From Mizuhopecten yessoensis (taxonomy: Eukaryota), in contig NW_018405139.1 of assembly GCF_002113885.1 (NCBI RefSeq), positions 1,251,572-1,315,571 of the forward strand: a stretch of DNA of 64,000 nucleotides. Reading direction: 5' to 3'. A program made the translations under genes and the position numbers. Shown one piece after another: positions 24,791 through 37,850 of the stretch (positions are counted from its first letter, which is position 1; each line of letters begins with the position of its first letter). The notes beneath the pieces are model-generated. The model saw only the letters and a list, made by a program, of their open reading frames with translations. It did no database searches and was not told where the DNA came from.

Positions 24791-25431
24791 GGTTGACCAT
24801 ACTGTATTAAGAGGGCATCAGTATTATATTCACTGCATACGATGACAAAGCTGTTAATAATACAGTTCCTATATAACAGCAGGAAATTGTCCTACTATAC
24901 CAATTGTAACGATTATTCTAATAGGTGACAACATTTTGGCTGTGCATTCCAGAACCCTGTACAATGGCCTGTGGAAACCGATGTTTAGGGAAGGTATGTT
25001 TCACTTTCTGAAATCTGAAGTCGAAAACATTTACCACATTCAAGAAGGTTGTACAAATTTGCACTTTACACGCTAGAACCCGTACATTAATAGCAAATAT
25101 GCTAGGGAGATGTATATTAACTATGTTTCATACAATTGTAGACAGTTCTTTAAACATTGTGTATATGTTCACAAGAAGAAAAACACCTGTATGTGTATTC
25201 TATATAAATGTGTACGCCCCTTATATATAGTATCCTACACGAGTTTTCTTGACATATGATATTGATGAAACTAGCTTAAGATATATTCACTTGTGACTTG
25301 TTTGTGAAAATCTACAACGATTATTATACATGAAAATTATATTGGGAGGTATTAAAACCCATTGTGTGTTATTTGAAAATTGTCATTGATGCGCGCAAAT
25401 TTGAAGACACAAATATGAATACATGTAAGTT

Positions 25432-25568
25432 TACGGTAAATACGTATTTTAGCAGAGGTGCTAATTCGCTATATGAAAAAATAAACTACACGTTCGAGAT
25501 AAAGTTGTATTTATGATAGCTAACTAAGCCGAAATGTATAACTCGCAAAATATTAGTAATTTACAGTA
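25432..25568. mobile_element. Possible short decayed MITE with TAC(T/G)GTAAA...TTTACAGTA ends
   Basis: Short imperfect terminal inverted repeat bounded by TA; weak evidence. Confidence 0.35.
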
Positions 25569-28500
25569 TGTCAGATTGTTTTCGTTTAGATCTGAAAATG
25601 TAAATAGGAAATACGTTTCCAGACAATCGAACTATCGATAAACATTTCATTTCGAGTACATACCACTTTATTTCGACGCATTTGTCCCGGGGAGTCGGGG
25701 ATAATATGCGTCGGGGGAGATGATGTCTTTTAATTTAGATAATTGACGTTTTACTTGTTGTTTTAAACGGTCGACATTCTCCTCACTTCGCCCGCTGTTT
25801 AATTGTCCCTGCCCACATCTTCACACACCGTACTTCTAAAGATTCAAAGGAAAATTCTGCTTGATATTGGATGATCTTCAATCAGTATCTTTCGTTGTTT
25901 ACTCAATTGTGGTCAAACTCTCTCTGTGTTGGATGTGAGTAAGGCTTCTAGCCTGGGCGAACTGCAGGGCCTGGTATATCTCCATGCCTCGTTCGATAAG
26001 GGATGTGATACCACCTGGAGCGCGTCCAAAGTTGTCTTTGAAGTTGGAGCTCTGCTATATTATCGCTGTAGGCTGCAATGTATATGCATAATTTTACTGC
26101 AATTGTTTGGCAGGTAAACACAGACTAACTTGCTTAAATGTTTATTTCAAGTCAAAATACCACTTAAAAGGCACAATTTACAATGCCAATTGAATACATT
26201 TTTATGACATTAGTAGAAGCCTATTCCAATCAATCGAGATATAAACTTGATCGTTTTGAGAGTGGTGTTTAACTTCTAAAAGACAACGCTTTCATCTTCG
26301 TTCGTCGTATCATCTGCTCTAGCATAAGCGATAACGCCTAGGGTTTTATCTGAAATGCTTCATGTATTATTTTTTTCACGCAGAAATCCGACAGTCTCGT
26401 AAACGTCTGTGATGTTCAACGCCAATGAATAACAGTGCACTGTGTGTAACGTTTCAAGATAAACCTTTGTCATCAGCCGAAATACTCTCACAGTCGCCGG
26501 GTAAACAGATCATCTCTTGCATTCCTCATTTGTTAGTGTCAACCAGTCTGCAACAGGTCCATTAGTTCAAAGCATGATACGCTTAACAACTGACGAAAAT
26601 GCTTCATTCCGCATGTTTTTGTCCTAAATATAAATATTTATTTATTTTATATGGCATCGAAATGGTTGTCTGAAAACCGAAATCACAAAAATGTATTTGA
26701 ATTTTTAGGACATTTTTAAAATATTTCATTAAGAAGTTTAAGTAAACGATTTGTTAAGTTGTTGAGACTTTTCACATTGGAACTCCGGAACCAGTTGTTA
26801 TACCCAATCTAGCGTATTGTTAGCTTATATAACAAAACCATAAACCGAACCTAAAATCGATAATAATAGGCAAAATATGAACAAAGGAAAGCTTCACATC
26901 GTGAAAAAGTACAAGGAGAATAAAATCAACAAATACACAACAACAAATATGTACAGGATTTAGCATCTAAAGGGGAAAATGAGAAATATATTAAAATGTT
27001 AGGATTATTTTTTTGTCTCCTTCAATTTCGACTGAGTCAAGTTTCTTTTTTGCCGTTTCTCCCTTTCATTCGCGACTTGTGTTTTCATTTGAATGTTGAT
27101 TTTGAGCACAAAATGTAACAATCAAAATTATTAGGAATTGCGATAGGTGAGCCATATTTGTTTTAACACCAACGTCACAGGGAAATTGTTAAAATTATAC
27201 CAGATAAAAAAAACGATAATTTCTTTATTCATTATTGGGTATTAACGTGGATTAAAATGTGTAATAGTTAAATAACTATGTTAAAATATATGCTTCTTTG
27301 CACCATATGACAAGGTCTTCTGCACGAACTATGTGTGTCGTATAAACATCAATATTTTTCGCTTAAAGATTCCGCCCACTGGTCGTTTAAAATTAATTTG
27401 CCTAGTTTAAATCAAAACACGTCTACCTACCGACCCTGCATAGCCTTTACATATTTACCCAGCGTCCCATTTACTTCGCTTTTATTTTTACCGGATATAT
27501 AGCTAATTTGAAGAAACTAAAACAGCGAAATTCCCAGTTTTCACCATTAAAATGCTCCAGCGATAAATAATACAGGGCCAAATTACTAGTCATCAAACAA
27601 CTTTCAATTTGTTTAGTTGATGCTCTTCTGGGGTTTTCTCTCAGGTGGAACTCTTCTAGAAAAGTGCTTCATATACTTTTATTTATTATTGTACCTTAAG
27701 TAACTTTTTTTTTTATCAGGACTAAAATCCAATTGCAAGATGTCACAATCACTTGGTCCCCTCTACCCAACGTATGCATTTTCGCAAAAGTGAAGGGAAC
27801 CGTTTTATAGTTATGTCATCTGATTAATTAGTAGCTCAGGATCTGATTGAACGACATTAATCCTTATTAATTATTCATACTTTATAATAACTTCTGATAG
27901 TCTTCTTGTTTCATCATATACAGACATATATACCTTAATATTTCGATAGTTTCAACTGAATAATTATTATATAATTAATTTTAGAAAAAATAAATCAATA
28001 TGAAGTTCATGCAAATGAGGGTCATGACGATCGGTGTCGACAGATGCACCACTGAAATGTAGCAATGCCACGAAGAAGAAAAAAACTAACATCGTAATTA
28101 TTGTTGGTACTGTATGCTGACTCCACGTTATACGCCTCTCATACACGGATTATAACCCAGTTAGTTGGTATTATATGACAGGGGCTTTTTGGATAGATGA
28201 GAACATGGACAATTGATGAGCGTGCAAAAAGAAACCGGACGGATTTAGTAAGCATACATATCATTGATTGCTACAGATATGTAACGTTACCTATCGGAAA
28301 CAATTTATAACGATATTACTGAATATGTTTAATGTCACATGAGTACGCGTCTAGACATTTACCTTGTCTTTTATCGGATAATCTGAATAGAAGAACATGA
28401 AATATCATATTTCTATTTCTATAATTAAACAAATGCATTTTTCAAGGCAATAGCAAGACCCTCAACCTAACGGAGCTTCGTACAGTCGATCTTGTTAAAT

Positions 28501-30397
28501 TTGAGGTCATTCAGTTAACGTATTAGTTCCGAAAGGAAATTAAAATTCTACGTTTCATCAATGTAAACGCTGATCTATATCTTAAACATATTTTACAAAT
28601 ATTTCATATTTTCGGTAACACCTTCACATTATACCCTATAATCTGACCTAGAAGCAAAAGGAATAAACATTCTTCTACATCAAAAGTTCTTTTACTTTAT
28701 GTCTAAGAAAGTTATTTGTGTGAAAGTATGGTTTAAGTCGGAGGGAATTAAGTGAGCTATTTGCCCCTAACACAAGATAGGAAGACGAGCATTAGATAGA
28801 ATGGAGAAGTGATATCAACACGCTCCTTGCTGACATTTTCTTATCGTTCACCACTCCAAAGGAAAGGTGTATTACCTTCGAAAGACCAAGTAGCAGTCTC
28901 CGGCCGCTTAAAAAACTCGACAGGGCTCAGAGTTCCGCATTGAAGTACAGGAATACTTCTATAATGAAAATCGTAAAAGTTGGCTGGACATCAAAGCAAG
29001 AAGCCTCGTTTATAGAGGACACCCTGCCGAGACTCCCCGCTCGGTTTTACCAGTGTTGGCTTGTTAGCATGAAATACACAATGGCTTATGGAATCAGATT
29101 TGTCATTGTCATCTACAGCATATTAAATTACCCATTATTGTTAAAATGCTTTTAGACGTTTGTTGGCGGATTTTAAGATCCGTTAAAAGAAACTAAATGC
29201 GATGTTTGAATGAGGGTTTTTTTCTCTTCAAATTACCATGTTCATTTTTCAGCCCGTTTGATGTTGTGAGCTATCACAGGGTCGGCCTAGTGCCTACTTA
29301 ATCCCGTATAATTTTGTTTTTCACCTGTAGAGGGTAACCATACATCATGCCATCAACACGAAATCTGTGTCTGGGTTCAGCTAGTTTGCACACACATGTG
29401 TTCATTCTTACTTTTCAGTATTGATTAATCAAATAATGTTGCAATTAATTAACTAAATAAATACTGTAAAATACAAATGTTAAAATGTATCGGTAAGCTA
29501 TCTTGATCGTCTAAACTACCATATTGATTGTGGTTTATACAATTACCTTGAACGACGGCATTGTATTCGGTAGAGGATCAATACACAGAAATATCATTTG
29601 AAAGTAACTGTATAACATTCGTAGGATATTTAAAAAGGGTGACGGACTCTGGAGAGTTCTTTCAAAATGTGAATATTTTTCTCAAATTGATTCTTTAAAT
29701 CTTTTGCGACGTGACCATTCTCACATTGGGATGGCAACAGCAATATACATTTCATAGTGTGTTAATCACAACCTTGATATGACGCGTTATGAACGAAACA
29801 GTTGCATAGAACTGTTAAACCATCTGACCAAATCAGTTTGAATCATGATCGACCTTCCCAATGAATAGGATACTTGCGATGTCTGATAAAGTATACATTA
29901 GAAATGCCATGGACTACATTTCTATTCGAAACTGATGGAGAGATTCGAGTAATCAGAAGTATCCATGAACATTTGTTTTTAGCATTATTTTTAACGTTGA
30001 AATAAATCATTGGTTTCTGCTAGGGTTCCCCATTAATCGTCTCGCACGCTACGGCAGGCCAATTGGTTTACATTTAGAATGTCCACGGAGACTTTACCGT
30101 TCCATTGCAAAATGTGTCCGTACAGTTAACCTTCGTTTGTGCTCACCACCTTGTAAAACCGCGCTATTTATAACACAGCCCGTGACTACTTGGGTTCATC
30201 TAGTAGAGACATCACATCAGAAGGCTCGAATTTCCTTTCCGATCCAGTGCCAATATTGCAATTTTCAATATCTATGGTTCGTCGGAAAGACAGATAACTG
30301 TATAATACAGAAATGCTACCGCTACACCGTGGATGTTTCTAATGGAACAAACCTATATTGAAGTAATGTTGTTGCCGTAAGGTAGATACTTAGAAGA

Positions 30398-31070
30398 GGT
30401 TGGTTGTTGGTTGGTTGGTTGTATAGGGTTGAATGTCGTATCAACAGCTAAGGTCATTTAGAGATGTGCCTTCATGTGTGTTGGAGGCACGGTAGTCTAG
30501 TGGTAGGAAGCCGAGCTCGTGACCGAAGGGTTGTGGGTTCGAGTCACGGCACGGCACTGTGTTGTATCTTTGAGCAAGATACTTTACTCCGGTTGGTCCA
30601 GTCTACTCAGCTGTAAATGAGCACGTGGTTGGGAAACGCTAGAATTGTTGAATGCTAGCTGTTAGCGCCGAAATGGCAACTCCGGCTGTATGCTCCCCCG
30701 GGAGTTGAGAAAGATATTGGCTGGGTGCAAAGGCCCTATAACCACGGATAATAATTTATGAACCCCTTTGTGGTAGCGCGGATCTGATGCTGACTTTATA
30801 GTGCTACCATGTCAAAGGTGCTGGGTTCGGCCTGGTCACATTGTGAACCAGTGGTTGCCATTACCATTAATGCTGAAAGTTAAGCAGGGAATATTCTGTA
30901 ACAGTTACCATTTTAAGGACTATGGTCTGTCCCGGCCTGGGGACAGAGCTCATTCCCTTCATCACCTGGACGAACGTTCAATATCAAAGCCACAAGTAAG
31001 GTATTGCCAAGGAAGAGGATAGGAAACTAAAGGTTGTTAGCAGTAGAGAGAAATACAATGATCCCAAATA
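30398..31070 (-). mobile_element. tRNA-derived SINE (Meta-type), interrupted by a CORE-type SINE
   Basis: (GGTT)n tail with CAACAGCTAAGGTCATTTAGAGA at the left, central TTTATAGTGCTA, and a tRNA-like head GGTCTGTCCCGGCCTGGGGACAGA...GAACGTTCAA at ~30925-30990. Confidence 0.7.
30483..30757 (+). mobile_element. tRNA-derived SINE with CORE-like domain
   Basis: A box TAGTCTAGTGG (30493-30503) and B box GGTTCGAGTC (30536-30545), then TGTATCTTTGAGCAAGATACTTTAC...CAGCTGTAAATG, resembling the CORE consensus TGTGACCTTGGGCAAGTCACTTAAC...CATCTGTAAAATG. Confidence 0.8.
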
Positions 31071-31615
31071 TTGCTTAGGGTGCAGCAGATTTATTTTGAG
31101 CGGAAAAGACGTATATCACAGTAATGTTGCCGTTTTCCGATTCATGTGTACTTGGGAACGAACGTACAGTATAGTAATGATGTCGCATCAGGGTAGAGTT
31201 TTAGTACAAAAAGTATATAACGATAATGCTGTCGGTAAACAATAGATGTTTAGTAGGAATACAAACGTTTATTACAGTGTTGCTTTCACTATACGGTATC
31301 GTTAAATGGGGAACAAGCAAAGTGTTTTGGTTACTGTAAGTAAAAAACACAAGGGGAGATATAAAGTTCTGCGTTATTTTGTTGGATGTGTCGGTCATAT
31401 ATTAAAATACTTTTGGAATAGCTATTCAAATATTGGTAAATATCAGTGAATATCCGTCATTATTCATTAGATATATTGAAATTTTCTGAATAATTTATGA
31501 AAATAATTACTGTACGCGTATATATTTAGCGATATTCTAATTTCAGCGCTTTTAACATTGCGCTTATTTATGATCGCTCTAACTTATTTTACTTATCAAG
31601 TTTTCTCCTGTATAT

Positions 31616-31929
31616 CACCCTCGATATCCAGGTGTTACGCTCACTTTCACTCTATACAAGCTGTTTGATTGGTCTCGGGTAAAAAAAAAAAGAACAATCA
31701 CTAGGCTGTTACCTGTCCTTTGAAGATTACATAGGAGAGGCGCCCGACTTCAAAGCCAATCAATGTTACCGTTACGTGACCGCGAGATTCGTTTGATGTA
31801 TATCAAAGGATCGAACAAGTCTTCTTGTCTCATCAACAAGGTGGCGCACAGTGAGCCTTCGATTTTGCTATGACATATTCCAGGGGTGTAGAGAGCGAAA
31901 GTGAACGTAACCCCTGGATATCGAGGATG
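31616..31929. mobile_element. MITE with ~43-bp terminal inverted repeats and a degenerate 9-bp target-site duplication
   Basis: Left CACCCTCGATATCCAGGTGTTACGCTCACTTTCACTCTATACA versus reverse complement of the right end CATCCTCGATATCCAGGGGTTACGTTCACTTTCGCTCTCTACA. Flanks CCTGTATAT and ACTGCATAT match at 7 of 9. Confidence 0.9.
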
Positions 31930-32540
31930 ACTGCATATATGGTCAGTGCGTCAATATATCAATATGCTAATCTGTTAAAATTCGATAAAATACTAGACAT
32001 TGTGTTCGCTAAAATAAGTACTCTTACAGTATAAAAAATATTTGTATTAATTTTAGGATTTGAATATCTCAGGACAAATTTACTTACCAAGACAAACAAT
32101 ATTATTGTGTTAATCAAGTGAATGATTCTAAACATTCGTGAAACATATATTCACAAAAATTTCTGGAACACTCTTACTCTAAATCATGTAAGTGTTGATA
32201 GAAATATACTGTTCTGGTGTCAATAACATCCAAACAAAGACGCACTGCTGTTACATAGTTTAAGCATATTTTCGGATTTAGGAAACATTAGGTGGCCAAA
32301 AGTGACACCATTATTTACGAAACAGTTGTTTTCTTTCATTAGCCAAATCGTTCCAAAGATGCAAATCACTTGCCACTATTGTTTTTTAAAATAACTCCAA
32401 AATGATGCAGTAAATGATTTGGGAATCGTCACATACACAGTGTAAATGTTCTGTGTTAAAGACATCAGAAAAGAGCAGTTTTAGTCCAGGGAAAAAACGA
32501 CATCACGTTGACATTTACACCTAGATGGCTGATGGAGTGG

Positions 32541-33750
32541 TGTTTGTTTGTTTTGGGTTTAACCTCCTCGCAACAGACAAGGTCATTTAGAGACGGGGAG
32601 ACACCGCCGGAAGGGAATAAATAAGATAAAAAGGAAGTGAGATGGAAAGAGAGAAAGGAGGAGAGAGAGAAAGGAAGAGAGAAAGGAAGAGAGAAAGAAG
32701 AGGGAAAGAAGAGAGAGAAAAAGAGAGAAAGGAAGAGGGAAAGGAAGAGGGAAAAAAGAGAGAAAGGAAGAGCGAAAGGAAGAGGGATAGGAAGAGGGAA
32801 AGGAAGAGAGAAAGGAGGGAAAGGAAGAGAGAAAGGAAGAGGGAAAGGAAGAGGAAAAGTAAGAGAGAAAGGAGGGAAAGAGAGAAAGGAGGGAAAGGAA
32901 GAGGGAATGGAAGAGGGAATGGAAGTGAAAAAGGAGGGAAAGGAAGAGGAAAAGAGATAAAGGAAGAGAGAAAGGAAGAGGGAAAGGAAGAGGGAAAAAA
33001 GAGAGAAAGGAAGAGAGAAAGGAAGAGCGAAAGGAAGAGAGAAAGGAAGAGCGAAAGGAAGAGGGAAAGAGAGAAAGGAAGAGAGAAAGGAAGAGCAAAA
33101 GTAAGAGGGAAAGGAAGAGCAAAAGTAAGAGAGAAAGGAGGAAAAGAGAGAAAGGAAGAGAAAAAGGAGGGAAAGGAAGAGGGAATGGAAGAGAAAAAGG
33201 AGGGAAAGGAAGATGGAAAGGAAGAGGGAAAGAAAGACAGAAAGGAAGAGGAAAAGAGAGAAAGGAAGAGCGAAAGAGAGAAAGGAAGAGGGAGAGAGAG
33301 AAAGGAAGAGGGAAAGAGAGAAAGGAAGATGGAAAGGAAGAGAGAAAGGAAGAGAGAAAGGAAGAGGGAAAGGAAGAGAGAAAGGAAGAGGAAAAGAGAG
33401 AAAGGAAGAGGGAAAGAAAGAAAGGAAGAGGGAAAGGAAGAGCGAAAGGAGGGAAAGTAAGAGGGAAAGAGAAAAAGGAAGAGGGAAAGAGAGAAAGGAA
33501 GAGGGAAAGAGAGAAAGGAAGAGGGAAAGGAAGAAAGGAAGAGGGACAGGAAGAAAGGAAGAGGGAAAGGAAGAGATGTAGATCCCAAGTGATGCATTTT
33601 GGGGCGACATATCGATCATTTTCAGATTTCCTCAATGTCTCACAAGTAGAAGCCACATAATGAAACCCCCGGTTCTGCAGGGGGTCCCACAATTGTTGCA
33701 TGCTGTTGGATACAACATGCCAGTTCTTTATCCGTGTTTGCAGGGGTCCA
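32541..33750 (-). mobile_element. SINE-like element hosting the polypurine expansion
   Basis: (GTTT)n GGGTTTAACCTCCTCGCAACAGACAAGGTCATTTAGAGACGG end. Segments are shared with 17366-17490 and 23768-23795. Confidence 0.6.
32641..33575. repeat. ~935-bp polypurine/polypyrimidine tract, main unit GGAAGAG(A/G)GAAA (12 bp)
   Basis: Almost purely A/G on the + strand; produces the low-complexity R/E/K/G and F/L/S/P ORFs. Confidence 0.97.
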
Positions 33751-36700
33751 CTGATCGACAAAATAGGGTCACATACGTTAAACGGTACTCTTCTGTAAAT
33801 GGTATGTAATGTGAAAATGTCGTACGTATTAAATGAAAAGACTAAAAAGATACAATTATTGACAAGGAAACAAAAATAGACAGATAACAAAAGGCACAGA
33901 GATATAAAAGGCAACATATGGAGTTGGAAAGTATTCCCGGTATTATTTACCCAACATACATGAACAAAGTAGCGTTTTGTTATTTTAATTTCTTAAATGT
34001 TTCATATTGATGCCAATTAAAATTTAACATTAATTTCTATACTTTTTTCATGAACATTACACTTTGCAAAAACTAGGTTGTTTACAGCAGATGTCATTAA
34101 AACGATAGGAATCTATGTTCTGCATTGAACAGAGTCCGTCCACCACATGGAGATGGAAATACAAAAATAACTTAATTATAATTCGGAAAAATATCATTTA
34201 ATTTATATAACGGTCCATTTCTTCCGCTTTCGTTTGTGATTCTAAAGAAAGCACAAAACATTTGAATTAAATAATTCAGTGTGTTTGCACCTTGAGAGCA
34301 TCCATTATTACTTTCATAAGAAGTTGATTATCCCCCCTTGCGGAGTTTAATTAACTAAACATTAGGAAGGGGGCCATAATACAGTGTAATGAAACAAGCC
34401 CAGGGAGACCGTCCTATACCGTACGACTTCAAACCCTTCTTCACCACTAAATAGCTATAAACGTGTGTGTTTAGGAAAGACTAATGTTATTTAAGAAATT
34501 CAACTTTTCATCATGTTATCAAATTAAGTGGGAGGGCTCAGGGCAGGTGCGGATTAAACGACAAAACAGTCTTTGTTGACTGATCAGAACCCCTGGGTGC
34601 GTTGTTTGGATCATCATTTGTCATTTTTATTAAAATCTCTTAGATTAACGAATGTGGTTAATTCTTTATTCTCCATATTACGCCTCCTCGTTATAACTCG
34701 CGATAGAATTCGCACTATGTGGTGGTAAGCCTGTATCTGATAACTTGATTAGAAACTCCATTGTAAACCGTGACTTTCCACGTTTGTTTGTTAAAGCTGA
34801 TCTTTTGGGTGTAAAATATCTTTACAACTGATTCATACCTTTAAGTTCAAGCCATTTATCAAGAATGAAGAACCGCTAGACTATCTTGCTGTGCGTAAAA
34901 TGAACTCAACAACAGCCCAATTCAGGCGGATATTGTATTACCGACATTTTTAGGTATACCTAGATGACTAATATAGACCGTACAGAGATCAAAAGAAACC
35001 GACAATGGTTTCAGTGAAGATAAACAGAGAACATTATATTTGAACAAAATCCGATCAAAATGTACGTACGAAAATTAAATATGTATAACAGATTAGAAAA
35101 GTCTCTATATGAAAAGCTGGGCAAAATTGGTAATCGCTTTTAACTATTGGTAAATACTATTACATCAAAGGAATTTGAAAGTTGACTGCACTTAGATTAG
35201 CGAAGGTGATATCAGTCCTGTAATACTAATTTATGAATCGTATAAGGTGAGTTGTCGCTATATCCACCTGTAATCCCACAGAGAAGAAAGTAAAGCAAAG
35301 TTGGTAATCGTTTCTATACTTTGTAACATTGCATATATAATGTGTACAAAAAATCAAGTTCCCCGACCGGTGTGGTCTGCGTGTGACTTGGAATATAGTC
35401 AGCTGATTAGTAGGATACGGGGTTTCATCATAATACAGACTTTCCGTATAGATATGTATTCATATGAATGAGCAAACGCTCTTATACACATAGGAATTTG
35501 AATTTTGATTTTTTAATGTAACATCTACAGTGCGTTTCTTTTCATCCTAAAGTATAAAATGTAGTATATATAGATATTAATAACACACAGGAAAGTTTTA
35601 TTTTTCGGAATTTAATTCATTTAGGAATTTATTCGAAATCATATTTTACATCGTTTAGTGCACTTTAAAAGAAATAAAAAAAATTGTATGTTTTGTTTAT
35701 AAAATATGTATCTAAGGTTTGTTTTGTAATTCAAATAATACATATATAAAATATTGCGTCACCATGAAAATGATACCACTTTATGTCTGAAACAAATGCT
35801 AGCCAAATACGTTTTTTGTGTATCGAAAAAGTCTTAATGTTGAATTGACAATGCCTGTATTTAATAACTACAAAGATCACAAAACAAGTTACAAGCTAAA
35901 CATTTCTTTTTGAAAATAGAAACGTTAGAGTACAAAAATGTCCTAGAATGCCAGTGTATTTATAAGTAGCACGACAATAATAATACGTACATAGCAAATA
36001 TGGTATTCAAGTACCAGCATATTATATTTTTATTTGATTCCTTTTTCACACATGAACCAAACCTTGTGAAGGTATGCTTAGAATATACAACGATGAAAGT
36101 CAATTGAATGCTTAAACTGTAATAATTTTAATAATCAAAAGTATTTAGTACATTTCTTAACAAGCAGTTTTCTCAGGTATACATTAACATAACTTTTTAA
36201 GAGAATCAGGATTATATGAAAATCATTAATACATATAAACAAAATCACGTATTCCTAAAAGTCCAACTCACATTAAAAATGAATGAAGGTCATACATGTC
36301 TTTTAATTATAATGAACAAAACGTCAATATAACATATATGATGTTTCTTCTGTTTGAGTATTTTCTAAATCATACATGAATTTACCAGTGATTTGCACTT
36401 CAATGTATTAACTATTGATACCAATATCTGGTGAAATCCTTAATAAACATTTATCTCATAGATACATTAAGATGTTATCTACTATAAGTATACATCAATG
36501 TACATACATAACACATTTCTTTGTCCAATTCTTATCAATTCTTTTGCAGCATGAACAGAGATAAAACTGATTGACGTAGTTTCATTACAATGAAAACACA
36601 TCAATATATTCGTTTGATACATGTTTTTATAATACATATTTAACATGAACATCAATGAAATTAATTGAAGTATTCTTATTGAAATAATCGAACGTCAATA

Positions 36701-37774
36701 GAAAGTTTCCCACAGTGGTCGTCGGCCACATGTCATCGCATAACAACAGATAGGCTTGGATCTATGGACAGGTGAGTAATATTCAAACTATGGTAGTTTC
36801 AAGTGACTATATTGTTTTTTTATTGGAAGATAAAGTAAACAGATTTTTATTTATTTCATAAATGATCATGATTCATCCCGGGCTTACGTTTGTGAATCGT
36901 AAATCCTGACAGTGTTGAAAATAACTCTTCCTGTTAGATTTTTATATTGTTTAAAACTCGTGTTTAATAATTTTTTTAAATCTTTATATCTTTAATATTG
37001 TTGAAATATGACATTTAATACCTCCTTTACAAACATAGATAGGAGATAATTCCATAATGAATTCAAAGCATTGTACTAAGGGGTTATTTTACTAGTTTTC
37101 TTTTCTTAATCATCATGATTATTACTACTGTTTATTGAACATACACGGACTTAAAGAGTATATATTTATTTGGTTTATCTTTTTGTGTGAATGTATTTTC
37201 GTTTCATGTTTATCATCGTAAATCTACAAGCAAATATTTATATATTTGTTTAGTCGTAATTATCGATCAACATTATTAGGTTACAAAGGGCAATCACGAT
37301 AGCTAATTGTTAAAGATAGTATGTGTTTAATGGGAGACACGGGAAAAAAGAAGGGAAGAAGAGGAAAATGGAAAGGTTTCAAATGTCTAGCGGATTCGTT
37401 TGGGTTCTACAGCTACAACATTGGTGATTCTATGATTTTTACGTTTTGGCCTTTACTGACCAAAATTGCCAAAACTGCAAACATATAATGTAACCCCCAC
37501 CCCCATCCCACCGAAAGTGATAGAAATGGCACTTAATTACAGTACGTTAAAAAGATCATATCACTACCAAAACTCTATTGTAAACATGATTAAACGATCG
37601 TTAAGTCATTTCCTTAATAGTAGCATATCACCCTCTCCTAAGAATTATGATTTTAACATGTAAACAACAGATTATCGACGTGTCAAGTAGAATGTAATTC
37701 GAACTCAAATTCGATACATTCCTTGTGAAAGAATGGGCAAAAACACAATTAACTTGAAGACAATGAAAAAGTAC

Positions 37775-37850
37775 CAAACGAATAAGTCTGGGTGGTCAGG
37801 AAAGGTAGGCGTCTTTTGTTTCATCGGTGATACCCGACGTGTAAATCTGC
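37775..37850. mobile_element. Short decayed interspersed repeat (Penelope-associated type)
   Basis: GGGTGGTCAGGAAAGGTAGGCGTCTTTTGTTTCATCGGTGATACCCGACGTGT resembles a common bivalve repeat recalled from memory; not verifiable here. Confidence 0.35.

Noticed and set aside
22640-26500. Hammerhead ribozyme near the Penelope fragment
   Set aside because: CTGATGA/TCATCAG cores occur (e.g. ~24344, ~26470), but no properly placed GAAA with supporting stems was seen.
28140-28410. Possible decayed non-autonomous DNA element
   Set aside because: Only a vague resemblance; termini and TSD could not be defined.
32465-33917. Six long R/E/K/G-rich or F/L/S/P-rich ORFs
   Set aside because: A purine-only strand and its complement rarely contain stop codons; the tract lies in a mobile element and shows no coding signal.
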